The notes: generated by a model not told the origin, from the letters alone. A DNA stretch of 64,000 nt from Candidatus Heimdallarchaeota archaeon (GCA_019057375.1 DXJF01000011.1:64001-128000), one strand, 5' to 3'; shown: positions 32,027 through 42,479, counted from the first letter of the stretch. Translations and numbers: made by a program.

Positions 32027-32669
32027 GTGAGTGTAAAATTCATACAGTACTTTTTTATGTTTTGCAAGGGTTTTTTAAGTTATCGTTCGACGGCTTATTG
32101 TAGTCAGCCTACAATAACTAATCTGCACTCTTACAATATGACTACTGTCTTTTCTCTTTTATTGGTTGCTATTTAAGAGTTTTTTGCCGCTATAAAAAAT
32201 CAAACGTAAATTCAGAAGAATCAGTAAACGTAAAGGAGCGGATTCTTTTAGCCGAACCCGCTCTAAAGACATGGCTTAACATCCACTCATCAGACGTGAG
32301 TCTGACTGTTCGTGGCAATATACTTAGAAGAAGTTCGATATATATACTTTGCTCTTTTTTCTGTTATACATCTTCCAGAGTATTCGTAGATTAGAGGCTT
32401 AAAGTCGGTAAAATAACTCTGAAAGTAATTGACACAATTTTTCTTTGGAAATTAATGATGATACTATAATATCAACTATGAGAAATAGAGGGTGGTGATA
32501 AGGAAAGGATAGTTTAGTTTTTTTTTAGCAAACGAGGAATCCCTATATTTCTTTTTTCCTCTGTTCTGATAGAAATTCTAGTTTAAGAGAAATTTAGCAC
32601 AAAATTTCTTGTGAGGATATACGATCTTGTAAAACATTAACTATAACCTAGCTTAAAGAGATGAACCTA

Positions 32670-32728
32670 ATGAGATATTATGACCAACAGATGATGACGA
32701 CTGGTTACCCTCAGAATGGTTTCCTTAA
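32670..32728 (+). pseudogene. YDP/PPxWxP family peptide, copy D, missing one C: would read MRYYDPTDDDDWLPSEWFP
   Basis: gaccaaca versus gacccaaca in copy E; otherwise colinear with E. Confidence 0.7.
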
Positions 32729-32866
32729 ACTATTCTAATCTTACTTTTTTTATTCAGATAACCAATTTTAAGCGAAGATGTTTTATACCTTTTTCTCTTA
32801 AATTGTACAGAGTAAAACTATCAATTGACATCAAACCTTTGAGGAAAGGTATTGTGGGGATAAAGT

Positions 32867-34543
32867 ATGCTAGATACTGAAGAGTTTCGAGAAAGAAAAG
32901 AAAGAATTTTTCAGAATATTGGAAGTCTTAATACTTTATCTGATCTTAGTGACCATGTCTTGGATTTAGAACTCGTTTGTGCAAACGAAAGATCTTTGGA
33001 ATTAGCGAACATTCTGAAGAAGACTATAATTGTAGCGAAAGAAATTGAGAATAATAACCTTTTGTATAAGTCATATAGACTGTATTTTCAGCAAATATTT
33101 TCATATGTTCAGAGATTGGATGAGGCTGAAGAAATAGTTAATTGCATGCAAACAATTGCAGAATCAAGTAATAACATAGAACATGAATCTCTTGTTTATT
33201 TTTCAAAAGCTCTTCTAATTAGAATTCATGGACTAATTGAAAAATCTGATGAACTTACAATTAAGGCAATGAGAAAAATAGAAAAAGGAAAGAAAATTTA
33301 TCCCGATACATATTACCGTATTCTTTTTACTTATAATATGTTTATGTGGTATCGTGATAATGATTTTCCAGATGTTTTTTCTAATGTAGAAAAATGTGTT
33401 TCCTATTGGAAAGATACGTATCACACTTTACCTATGATTACAGGGATATTCAGATTACTTAGATTGTACATATTTTCAGGTAATAGTGAAAAATTTAATA
33501 ATTTAATGCAATGGATATTTGAGAAGGAAAGAATACAAGATAATTTAATTGATTATCATTTCACATTACTATATTCCTTCATTGGTCGTATCCAAGCAAT
33601 TCGATTGAATATCGACAAGGCTATAGATTTTTTATCTGAAGCATATCATAGAGTAATTTCTTCAAAATCTGAAGATATAATGATGTACGAATATATTGAA
33701 ATTCAGAAGTTATTGTGTAGAAGCTATGCATTTAAAGGAGAATTTCAAAAATCTTATCAAATCCTTATTGAGTTTCTAAATTTCGTTGAAAGTGATTTTG
33801 TTAAGCAGAATTATCAAACTTCAATGGTAAAAAGACTGTATTTTGGTGTATATTATACCCTGTTGTTTATTTTTGCTCAACTTGATGTTAATATTGATAA
33901 TATAGCAGATACTCAGCTAAAGAGAATACACAATTATACAAAGAATCTTCTTGAAAAATCAAGAATTTCAGAGGATTTACTAATAAGCAATTCTTTAGAT
34001 GACAAACAATTGGATAAAATTAAAATAGAAAAAGATAAGAGACCTGTTGAGTTTGATTTATCTCTGTATCAACAGTTAAATTCTCTTAAGACACAAGCTG
34101 CTTCTGAAAATACAGTTAGTAACATAGAGTATCTGAGAGGTTATGTTTACAACCCCTTATATGCTGACATAATTTTGGGAAAGATTCATCTTTCCATTGG
34201 TAATTTTAGAGAATTTAAGAGTATAGTTAAACAAATGGAAAATAAGGAAAAAGAAGCTGATACTCCTGTTTTGATTCTTTGGATAAAACTATATAGGTTG
34301 CTGTTTGAATACTTAGAAGATCCTGGAAATAAAGTGATATTATCAGAGTTTAGAAAATTGGAATCTTACTGCAAGAAAAATAATTTCATCAAGATGTCAG
34401 AAGAAATTAACTTATACTTCAAACTAATAACTTCAACAAAAACAATCAATAACTTAACTCAAAAATTCCAACAAACAGCTTTTACTGATATTTATAATAA
34501 ACAGTCAAAAAGAATGGTTGTTGAATATCTTGATAGTAAATAA
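32867..34543 (+). CDS. 558-aa all-helical TPR-like protein flanked by peptide genes D and E
   Basis: Repeated amphipathic helical pairs (IDKAIDFLSEAY, FQKSYQILIEF); homologous to ORF at 63562. Confidence 0.7.
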   Translation: MLDTEEFRERKERIFQNIGSLNTLSDLSDHVLDLELVCANERSLELANILKKTIIVAKEIENNNLLYKSYRLYFQQIFSYVQRLDEAEEIVNCMQTIAESSNNIEHESLVYFSKALLIRIHGLIEKSDELTIKAMRKIEKGKKIYPDTYYRILFTYNMFMWYRDNDFPDVFSNVEKCVSYWKDTYHTLPMITGIFRLLRLYIFSGNSEKFNNLMQWIFEKERIQDNLIDYHFTLLYSFIGRIQAIRLNIDKAIDFLSEAYHRVISSKSEDIMMYEYIEIQKLLCRSYAFKGEFQKSYQILIEFLNFVESDFVKQNYQTSMVKRLYFGVYYTLLFIFAQLDVNIDNIADTQLKRIHNYTKNLLEKSRISEDLLISNSLDDKQLDKIKIEKDKRPVEFDLSLYQQLNSLKTQAASENTVSNIEYLRGYVYNPLYADIILGKIHLSIGNFREFKSIVKQMENKEKEADTPVLILWIKLYRLLFEYLEDPGNKVILSEFRKLESYCKKNNFIKMSEEINLYFKLITSTKTINNLTQKFQQTAFTDIYNKQSKRMVVEYLDSK

Positions 34544-34601
34544 AACTCTTTTATTGAAATAAAAAAAACAAAAGAAAAATTCCAAAATGGATTCTTTTTG
34601 C

Positions 34602-34664
34602 TTAAGGGTACCATTCTGGGGGGAGGAAATCATCGTCGTCTGTTGGGTCGTAATATCTCATCAT
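34602..34664 (-). CDS. YDP/PPxWxP family peptide, copy E: MMRYYDPTDDDDFLPPEWYP (20 aa)
   Basis: Translated by hand; SD-like gagatgaac upstream. Confidence 0.8.
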   Translation of the reverse strand: MMRYYDPTDDDDFLPPEWYP

Positions 34665-34849
34665 GTTCATCTCGGATAGTTTTACTGATATTTACCTCAA
34701 GAAAAGATAATAAACAAATCAGAAATTTCGTGTCAGAATCTTTTTGAAAAAGTATGATTTTTCACACTTTTTTTGGTATTTTTATATCCTAAGGTAGTAT
34801 CCCCCTTGATTATCTCTTGTACTTTGAGTATTCTTAGAGAGGAAATACT

Positions 34850-37678
34850 ATGACTAAAAAGAAGAAATCTCAGTTTCGTTATAGTTCCAATAAACAACAG
34901 CAAACTAGAACTAGAAGGATTATTAGAGCAATTCTTCCCTGGATCTGTGTAATTGTTCTTGGTTTTATTTCCTTTATATTTCTCTTTCCAGAGTTGGTGA
35001 AATTGTTTCCATCCGATTTTTTAATTTCTATAGCAGCATTCAGTGAAAATATAGCTCTTTTCTTGAAAGGTTTCTTTATTACTCTCTTTACTAATTTAGT
35101 TTTTATTTCCTCGATTTTAGCTCTTCTTATATTTTTCATTGCGGTTAAATTATTACCTTTCTACAACATTGATGATACAGAATTTTATACTCAGAAGAAA
35201 TTGTTTTTACCCTTTTTTAGAAAGATTGGCGTAGTAATGGTTTCTTCCTCAACAGGAAACGGCAACAGTAATTACAGCAACAGTAGCTATGCTAATAAAA
35301 TTCATGAATCTTTCATCAACTGTCTTTCATTGAGAACAAAAGATAGAATGTTAGCCATTTACAAACATACTACTGGAGTAAGCATATTTTTTCCAATTAT
35401 TTCTAAAGGGTGGATAAAGAACAGAACTAATCAACGTTTAAATCGAGATATTATTTTCATTTCTAATTCGATTGATAGTCATTATGATTGCAGAATCAAA
35501 ACTTTGAATGGTGACCAGACTAAAGATCTTGTTCAAGCTCTGAATCAAATGAAAGCTAAGAGTAAAATTGAATCCTCTTCTGAGTTGATTACTCAATTTA
35601 ATGTGACTGATCAAATGTATAACATCTTTGTTAAGAATGAAATAAAGGATACTTGTTTTATCATTAAAACAGATAAGAAAAGGAGAGAATCTAAGAAAAT
35701 TGTTTTTGATCTTCTTCTTTTATCTGAAGACAATGCTACAGAATCATTTATTTTCAATGCCTCTGGTTTGTCTAAGAAGAAAAGAAAAGTTATAACACCT
35801 AACAAGAACTTTCATAGTCTAGTTTTCTCCCCAATTCGTAAGAAAGAATCTGTATTGATTGACGATATCGCTTCTTTAGTTCATGTGCCTATGGCTTATA
35901 GAGGTGGTTCTTTACCAATTAGTGCTAAAAGAGATGGTCTAAGTTCTTCTATACTGAAGGATGAAGATAATGTTATTGTTGTAGGTAGAGCAATAGATGA
36001 AAATGATATGGGAAAGGAGATTTTTCTAAATGTGAAAGACCTCTTACTTAATGTTGAAATCCTAGGATCTATCGGCAGGGGGAAGACAAAACTAGTTTCA
36101 TCAATTGTCGGTCAGCTATTTGAGAAGAAAATAAGTACACTAGTTTTTGACATTAAAGGTGAGTATGCTAGAACATTCACAGAAGACCCAAGAATCGAAA
36201 TTTATACAATTGGAAAACCTCATCCTCTTTGCATAAATATTTTCGAAACAGTTGATGAAGATGATATCCATAATACTTTACTGATTATAGAGGAAATGTT
36301 ACTTTCTTCAAATCAAGAGTTTACACCTGCTATGAAGAATCTATTTGAAAGTGCTCTCTTACTTACTCATAAAGCACCCAAACGTAATTTACAAGTTTTT
36401 GTTGAAAACATTTTCAAGGTTTCAAGACAGCTGCAAGCTCATTCAAACATCACTTATTTACAACAAACTATTGATGCCGTTCTTAACAGATTAAATTTCA
36501 TATTTAATCCAATAAATTTTGAAATCTTAGGTGCTATGAGAACAACTTTAGATCTTTCCCTTCTAGAAGGGGGTAGAAGTATCATTTTGGATTTAAGCCA
36601 GTTCCAGAGAAGAGCGGCAAGACCTTCTGATATCTTTTTGGTATGCAATTTGGTACTTAAAATGCTCTATAGAAAAGCTTCTGCAAGAGAGATGACTAAC
36701 AAATTACGATATGTAGTTGTTCTTGAAGAAGCCATCAATATTATTCCTAATTTCTATCATTCCGAAAGCTCTGCATCTTTGATTACATCTGAAAACAATT
36801 TCTTACTTGGAAGATCTCTCGGAATCGGGCACATTACTATTACTCAGATGTGGCAAAGTGTTAGTAATATAGTTCATGGTAACTCTGCTACAAAATTTGT
36901 ATTCAGGTCAAGTGAAAAAACAGATCTCATAGTCAAAGCTTTAAATCTAGAAGAGGACGAGATCACTAAAATACAGAGTTTACCAACACAACATTGTTTC
37001 TTATTCTTTGAAGGTTCAGATTCAGCTATACAAATTCGAACACTAAACTTAGCGACAGATCCAATCAGCTTTACTGAATATCAAACGAAAATGTTGAAAA
37101 AATATGGTAGAAGCGTTTTTCCTCTGCTATTTAATAACTTCATAGATATGCGAACTTCTATCTATCAACAGAGTAACGCGAATATCGTTGGAAAAAACAA
37201 GAAATTTACTAGTAAAAGACAAGATTTAGCTCAAAACAAGTTAGATAATTTTCTGAAAGAAGAAGAATTGGAAATTGATTCTAATAAGAAAATGATTATT
37301 GAGAAGGACACTTTGGATTTCATTACTTCAGCAGGATTATTACCTGAAAACTTAATCTGCGAACAATTGTGTTTTCAGGAGGATAGCGAGAAAAACTGCT
37401 TGAAGTATAATATGGGAGCAAAAGTTGTGAAATCTACTATACTCAATGAATGTTCCACTGAAGAGATTTCTATTATGCTTACTGATGTGAGAGAACTTCA
37501 TTCCTTGGTTTCCGCAATATCTACAAAGAGAAACCTTGAGTTCGATGAAAATCTAGTCTTTTGTACAGTAAAAACTTTGGTTGTGGACTTTATTTCAGAG
37601 AATATCCTAACTCCAAACGAAGCTTATAGTATTCTTACAAGATTCTCTCTTAGGATTAAAGAGACAATAAATACTTAA
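34850..37678 (+). CDS. membrane-anchored HerA/VirB4-like ATPase
   Basis: N-terminal TM helices; GSIGRGKT, VFDIKGEY, VVLEEA, GRSLGIG..ITQ. Confidence 0.8.
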   Translation: MTKKKKSQFRYSSNKQQQTRTRRIIRAILPWICVIVLGFISFIFLFPELVKLFPSDFLISIAAFSENIALFLKGFFITLFTNLVFISSILALLIFFIAVKLLPFYNIDDTEFYTQKKLFLPFFRKIGVVMVSSSTGNGNSNYSNSSYANKIHESFINCLSLRTKDRMLAIYKHTTGVSIFFPIISKGWIKNRTNQRLNRDIIFISNSIDSHYDCRIKTLNGDQTKDLVQALNQMKAKSKIESSSELITQFNVTDQMYNIFVKNEIKDTCFIIKTDKKRRESKKIVFDLLLLSEDNATESFIFNASGLSKKKRKVITPNKNFHSLVFSPIRKKESVLIDDIASLVHVPMAYRGGSLPISAKRDGLSSSILKDEDNVIVVGRAIDENDMGKEIFLNVKDLLLNVEILGSIGRGKTKLVSSIVGQLFEKKISTLVFDIKGEYARTFTEDPRIEIYTIGKPHPLCINIFETVDEDDIHNTLLIIEEMLLSSNQEFTPAMKNLFESALLLTHKAPKRNLQVFVENIFKVSRQLQAHSNITYLQQTIDAVLNRLNFIFNPINFEILGAMRTTLDLSLLEGGRSIILDLSQFQRRAARPSDIFLVCNLVLKMLYRKASAREMTNKLRYVVVLEEAINIIPNFYHSESSASLITSENNFLLGRSLGIGHITITQMWQSVSNIVHGNSATKFVFRSSEKTDLIVKALNLEEDEITKIQSLPTQHCFLFFEGSDSAIQIRTLNLATDPISFTEYQTKMLKKYGRSVFPLLFNNFIDMRTSIYQQSNANIVGKNKKFTSKRQDLAQNKLDNFLKEEELEIDSNKKMIIEKDTLDFITSAGLLPENLICEQLCFQEDSEKNCLKYNMGAKVVKSTILNECSTEEISIMLTDVRELHSLVSAISTKRNLEFDENLVFCTVKTLVVDFISENILTPNEAYSILTRFSLRIKETINT

Positions 37679-37735
37679 TCATACTCTCGCATTTGATAAG
37701 ATTTAAAAGCAGACATTCTTTTCTTCTCCTAAGTT

Positions 37736-37779
37736 CTGACCACGCTGACCGTTGTCAATGGGCTTAACGGAAGTGGTAG
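37736..37779 (+). promoter_or_regulatory. hairpin with asymmetric internal loop next to the rpl1 SD; candidate L1 autoregulatory site
   Basis: accac-gcu-GA-ccguu...aacgg-AA-guggu, followed by gaggctga and ATG at 37792. Confidence 0.4.
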
Positions 37780-37791
37780 AGGCTGATACTT

Positions 37792-38433
37792 ATGGTAGAA
37801 CAAGAACTTAAAATTGCAATTGAAAAAATGAAAAAAGATTCACCTGCTCGTCAGTTCGTTGAATCAGTTGATATGGCAATCAATCTCAAAGATATCAATC
37901 TTCAAGATCCTTCAAAGAGGTTTCAGATGGATGTTAGACTCCCTCATCCTCTAGAGAAAGATATTAAGATTTGTGTGCTTGGAGAAGGGTCGCATCTAGT
38001 AGACGCTGAATCAGCAGGAGCAGCTAGAATCATCAATAAAGATGAATTGGACAACATTAGTAGAGAACCCAAGATAGCAAAGAAATTAGCCCAACAATAT
38101 GATTTCTTTATCGCAACAGCTTCATTGATGCCAACTATTGGTAGAAGTTTGGGAAAATTCCTTGGTCCTCGCGGTAAAATGCCTAGACCTTTACCCCCAA
38201 CTGCACCAATTGAACCACTCATCAATAGCTTTCAAACGACAATACAAGTCCGTTTGAGACAATCCCCTGTTATTCATGCTAGGATTGCTACTATAGCTAT
38301 GGAAAATGATTCTATAGTTGAGAATGCATTGACTGTAGTAAGAAACGTTGAAAACAGACTCGAAAAAGGGGAAAATAACATACGCACAATCTACATTAAA
38401 ACTACAATGGGTCCCGCAATAAAAGTCAAGTAG
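37792..38433 (+). CDS. rpl1: 50S ribosomal protein L1 (uL1)
   Basis: RQFVESVD, LGKFLGPRGKMP, IYIKTTMGP. Confidence 0.97.
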   Translation: MVEQELKIAIEKMKKDSPARQFVESVDMAINLKDINLQDPSKRFQMDVRLPHPLEKDIKICVLGEGSHLVDAESAGAARIINKDELDNISREPKIAKKLAQQYDFFIATASLMPTIGRSLGKFLGPRGKMPRPLPPTAPIEPLINSFQTTIQVRLRQSPVIHARIATIAMENDSIVENALTVVRNVENRLEKGENNIRTIYIKTTMGPAIKVK

Positions 38434-38441
38434 GTGACAAG

Positions 38442-39446
38442 ATGTCAACTGTAAAAGTTTCTGAAAAGAAAAAACAAATAGTTGAGAAACTGAAGAACGA
38501 TCTCATATCCTATCCCATTATTGGACTCGTTAGGATTGATAATATCAATGCAAGCATTGTTCAAAGAATGAGAAAAGATTTACGAAAGGATGCTAAAATT
38601 GTTATGGCTAGAAACAGCTTAATGAGAATCGCTATTTCTGATTTAAAGAAAAAGGTTCCAGGCATTGAAAAACTATTAGAATACATTGTTGGTTCCTGCG
38701 CATTCTTGCTAAGTGAAACAAATCCCTACAAATTAGCGACTTTCATGGATGAGAATAAAGTACCCGCACCAGCAAAAGCTGGACAATATGCACCTAATGA
38801 TGTCATAATTAGACCAATGAATACAGGAATCCCTCCTGGACCTGTCATTGCTGAATTACAGTCATTAGGACTCAAAACAAGGATTGAAGGAGGACAAATA
38901 CGTATCGCAGAGGAAGCGGTTGTAACTAAAGAAGGTGACCGTGTAAATAGAACCGTTGCTCTTCTTTTAAGAAGATTAGACATCAATCCCTTTCAAACTG
39001 GTTTGAGTTTTGTTGTTGCTTTTGAAGACGGGGAAATCCTTCCTGGCGACGCTTTATTACTCGATTATGAGCAATATAGAGCAAACGTTCAATGGGCTTA
39101 CAATTCTGCTTTGAATCTAGCGGTTAATGCTGGATTTGTAACAAAACAAAGCTTATTGTTGATACTTTCAAATGCTCATCAATTAGCTCTCAATCTTTCA
39201 GTTAATGCTGGATTTCTAACTAAGAAATCTCTGTCATTAATTCTCACAAAAGCAGTTCAAGGATCTCTTTCTGTCGCAACTTTTGTAGCAGAAAAAGATT
39301 CAAGAGCTTTGTCAAACAAAGCTCAGGCCAAACTTTCTGAAGCTCCAAAACTTCAACAGACTGAAACCATTGTAGCTGAAGAAAAAGAGGAAGAACCCGA
39401 GGAAGAACCCGAGGAAGATCTAGGGTTAGGATCGTTATTTGGATAG
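38442..39446 (+). CDS. rplP0: ribosomal stalk protein P0 (uL10)
   Basis: KVPAPAKAGQYAPNDV; acidic C-terminus EEDLGLGSLFG. Confidence 0.97.
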   Translation: MSTVKVSEKKKQIVEKLKNDLISYPIIGLVRIDNINASIVQRMRKDLRKDAKIVMARNSLMRIAISDLKKKVPGIEKLLEYIVGSCAFLLSETNPYKLATFMDENKVPAPAKAGQYAPNDVIIRPMNTGIPPGPVIAELQSLGLKTRIEGGQIRIAEEAVVTKEGDRVNRTVALLLRRLDINPFQTGLSFVVAFEDGEILPGDALLLDYEQYRANVQWAYNSALNLAVNAGFVTKQSLLLILSNAHQLALNLSVNAGFLTKKSLSLILTKAVQGSLSVATFVAEKDSRALSNKAQAKLSEAPKLQQTETIVAEEKEEEPEEEPEEDLGLGSLFG

Positions 39447-39456
39447 GTGAAAAAAT

Positions 39457-39762
39457 ATGGAATATGTATATGCAGCATTAATACTTCATGAATTAGGTGA
39501 AAATATTACTCAAACAAAGGTAAAAGGAATACTCGAAGCCGCTGGAGCAAAAATAGATGAATCTCGAATTAAAGCTTTAGTAGCAGCCTTAAAAGAAGTT
39601 AATATTGAAGAAGCTTTGAAAGCTACTGTTATGGCTGCTGCACCAGCTGCAGCATCTCCTGGAGCTGCAAGTGATAAAGCAGCGCCTGCAGAAGCTAAAG
39701 AAGAAAAAGAAGAAGAACCAGAAGAAGATGCCGATTTAGGTCTAAGTGCTCTATTCGGTTAG
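39457..39762 (+). CDS. rpl12: ribosomal stalk protein P1/L12
   Basis: MEYVYAALILH...LGLSALFG. Confidence 0.97.
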   Translation: MEYVYAALILHELGENITQTKVKGILEAAGAKIDESRIKALVAALKEVNIEEALKATVMAAAPAAASPGAASDKAAPAEAKEEKEEEPEEDADLGLSALFG

Positions 39763-39802
39763 AATTTTCTATTTCCTTCTTATTTTCTTTTTCAATATCT
39801 TT

Positions 39803-40120
39803 TTATTTATTTTTTAAAAAAACATTAAAGGCATCGATAATATTGTCACATTTTTCTAAAGCGTGGTAAATTTCTAGATCAGAAAATTCAGTTTCTTGAA
39901 CAGCACTGGAACTAAGTGATGCTATCCTTGATCTTCTAATTTCACCTCTACCGTCAATTGAAACGATTAATGTATGATCATCTGCGTGCATTAAAACAAA
40001 GTTAAACAACTGACTATCTCTTAAATTTTCCAATTGCTTTCTTTCAATTTTACATTCAAGCATTTTTCCACAATGATCACAACTGAATGTTTTGTGAATA
40101 AATTTGTCATTCTTTCTCAT
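39803..40120 (-). CDS. small Zn-binding hypothetical protein
   Basis: CDHC...HADDH; last gene of the GTPase operon. Confidence 0.55.
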   Translation of the reverse strand: MRKNDKFIHKTFSCDHCGKMLECKIERKQLENLRDSQLFNFVLMHADDHTLIVSIDGRGEIRRSRIASLSSSAVQETEFSDLEIYHALEKCDNIIDAFNVFLKNK

Positions 40121-40144
40121 CTGATTACCTATCTTTCTATTTGA

Positions 40145-40756
40145 CTAGAAGCTTTGATATTTTGATACTAGCTCATCAGCTAGACTTTGTTCTTTGTTTA
40201 TTATCTGGTCAACAATATACTCAAAGGGTTCTGAAACATTGCCTGATAAAAGACCGCTCACGAGAAAATGCTTTTTGATGTTATAACTCTTCATGAAATC
40301 GTGGATATCTTCTATGGATATTTCCGCATCTTCCAAGTCAAGCTTGTTTCCAACTAAAACTTCTGGAATTTTAGGATAGAAGTGGTTAGCTAAATAATTA
40401 CGAGTTAGATCAACAAATTCATTCAAATAGGCTAGGGTTTCTATATCAGTAATATCATAAACATACATTACACCTTTAACTCCACGTAGGAAAACATCAA
40501 TCATGAATCGGAATTGTTTTTGCCCTGCAAAATCCCAAATCTGTATAGTTACTGTACGACCTTGGTAAACTATTCTTTTCACTGTAATGTCTACACCTTT
40601 TGTCATTGAAATTTGGTTTGGATCATCAAGTTCTCCTGAATAGCTTTTAGATATAGTAGTTTTTCCCACTGAACCTAATCCCAATACGGCAACTTTCAAT
40701 ATATTGTCATGTTTTGAGTTTTGAGGGAGTACTGTATTCATCATAATCATATCCAA
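40145..40756 (-). CDS. Ras/Rab-like small GTPase
   Basis: G1 GLGSVGKT, G3 WDFAGQ, G4 NKLD; no C-terminal Cys. Confidence 0.92.
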   Translation of the reverse strand: MDMIMMNTVLPQNSKHDNILKVAVLGLGSVGKTTISKSYSGELDDPNQISMTKGVDITVKRIVYQGRTVTIQIWDFAGQKQFRFMIDVFLRGVKGVMYVYDITDIETLAYLNEFVDLTRNYLANHFYPKIPEVLVGNKLDLEDAEISIEDIHDFMKSYNIKKHFLVSGLLSGNVSEPFEYIVDQIINKEQSLADELVSKYQSF

Positions 40757-40764
40757 AAAAATAT

Positions 40765-42123
40765 TTAAAGCACCACATTTTTTTGTGGTGAACTGTTATA
40801 TCCTGCTACCAGCCCATGTACAGAAACCGAGGAGTAGATTGGCTTGTTTTTAATTATGGAAAATTCTCCTCCCGAATATAAGGTCATAAAAGGTACATCT
40901 GTTCCTATTGCTTCTTTGACCATCTTGTTTTCTTCTTCAATTTTATCACCAGCAATGAGCAATCTATTGCTACAGTTAATAAAAAGGCCAAAAATTGGAT
41001 GGTCAATTTCCTGTGCTGCTGTATTTGCACATTCATATGCAGATTTTTGCACTCCTAAACCAGATTGTGTAAAAAATTCCGCAATTTTTTCGCTCTCATC
41101 TAAAATTTCCTCTGGAATTGTTGAAATTACTCCTTTCAAAGTTGGATGACATACAGATACAAATGGTAGATTCCCTTGATTCTCTGATTTCAATGTAGAA
41201 AGATACAACAATGAAGCATAAGCCATATTTTTGAAAGCCTCTTCATAGAGATCTTTAGACATACCTAGTAATTCAAGAAATTCTTCCTGGGCGGGTCTTT
41301 CATTTATCTCATGGATATAACTGCTGCTTTTGAGTCCCTTTGATAGCTCAAAGTTTTTAGTCTTTTGTGATTTATCAAATGTCCAATTATGTTCAAAGTT
41401 CAAGGTATCAGAAGAAAAGACTGTTCCAACCATTGCATTTTGAAAAACATTTTTTCCTTGAAATTGATAACAAGAAAGCATGTCTAAATCAATAGTAGCT
41501 CCTCCTAGGGCATTCTCTACGTTATTTTCCAGTAATTTCATCAGCATCTTGTATGCAAACGATGTTACACCATAACCATTCTTCCCCATATTTCGATTAA
41601 TGAGTTTTCCAATCATATTGAACATTCTCCTAAATTTATGTGCGAAGATGGTATCCAATATTTTCATGTCCTCGAAAGCATCAGGTGGAAAGAACGGACC
41701 AGGTGTGAGGAAGAAACCTGTTTTGAATTTATTTTGATCATCTTTGAAGAGTTGAATTAGTTTATTTATTCCTTTATCGGGGTTTATTCTAATATTTGAA
41801 TAGGAAACTGAAGAATGAATATTCAATTCTGATGATTTGAAAGCCATTGCAGAACAACCTTGAGTAGTTGGTATATCATTCGATGTAGCAACAGCTGGAA
41901 ATGTTCCTCCGATTACATTCTGTGTTCCGCTTTCCTCACAAATTTTTGATATAGCTTGCTCATATTCTCTTTTTTCACGGTAATTTGGGGTATACGCAAT
42001 AAGGATAAAATCAGGTGTGCCGTTAATATCACCAATAACATCTTTGATGATATGTTTTGTAGTTGTATGGATAGATCTGTGGCTAGTTGTCCTTGTAGCT
42101 ATCTGCATAAAGAAATCCCTCAC
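40765..42123 (-). CDS. FIST N/C domain sensory protein
   Basis: VIGGT, ALGGA, YIHEINERPA, FINCSNR, MTLYSGGEF. Confidence 0.8.
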   Translation of the reverse strand: MRDFFMQIATRTTSHRSIHTTTKHIIKDVIGDINGTPDFILIAYTPNYREKREYEQAISKICEESGTQNVIGGTFPAVATSNDIPTTQGCSAMAFKSSELNIHSSVSYSNIRINPDKGINKLIQLFKDDQNKFKTGFFLTPGPFFPPDAFEDMKILDTIFAHKFRRMFNMIGKLINRNMGKNGYGVTSFAYKMLMKLLENNVENALGGATIDLDMLSCYQFQGKNVFQNAMVGTVFSSDTLNFEHNWTFDKSQKTKNFELSKGLKSSSYIHEINERPAQEEFLELLGMSKDLYEEAFKNMAYASLLYLSTLKSENQGNLPFVSVCHPTLKGVISTIPEEILDESEKIAEFFTQSGLGVQKSAYECANTAAQEIDHPIFGLFINCSNRLLIAGDKIEEENKMVKEAIGTDVPFMTLYSGGEFSIIKNKPIYSSVSVHGLVAGYNSSPQKNVVL

Positions 42124-42479
42124 AAATAATTAGATATTAAGAGAGCTTTTCTCTTAGATTCTATAGATAACAAACTAAGATTAGCATTTTTGCTTGCAAT
42201 AGTTGTTAGGATTGTTATGCTATTTACAACATAGAAGATTACACAGAATTCATTTAATTCGTAAGTTACTTTATTGAGGTTGTTGGATTTCATTTCTAAA
42301 GAAACTTTGTCAACATTTGCTTTACACCACTGAATTGTTCTTAATAAATTGTGAGAATATTCTTCCTTAAATGATGAATCAACAACATCCCCATCAATTC
42401 GGAAGAGTATCGCTGCTTCTACTTCATCTAAGTGATTCAAATCCATTAATTCAGAACCAATTCCTTGGCTAAAATTCAT
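42120..42479 (-). CDS. roadblock/LC7 domain protein
   Basis: 119 aa; AAILFRIDGDVV; ANLSLL C-terminal helix. Confidence 0.8.
   Translation of the reverse strand: MNFSQGIGSELMDLNHLDEVEAAILFRIDGDVVDSSFKEEYSHNLLRTIQWCKANVDKVSLEMKSNNLNKVTYELNEFCVIFYVVNSITILTTIASKNANLSLLSIESKRKALLISNYL

Noticed and set aside
32270-32310. ctgatgag (minus strand) in the 16S leader as a hammerhead ribozyme
   Set aside because: No matching GAAA core or three-stem arrangement; probably an ordinary leader structure
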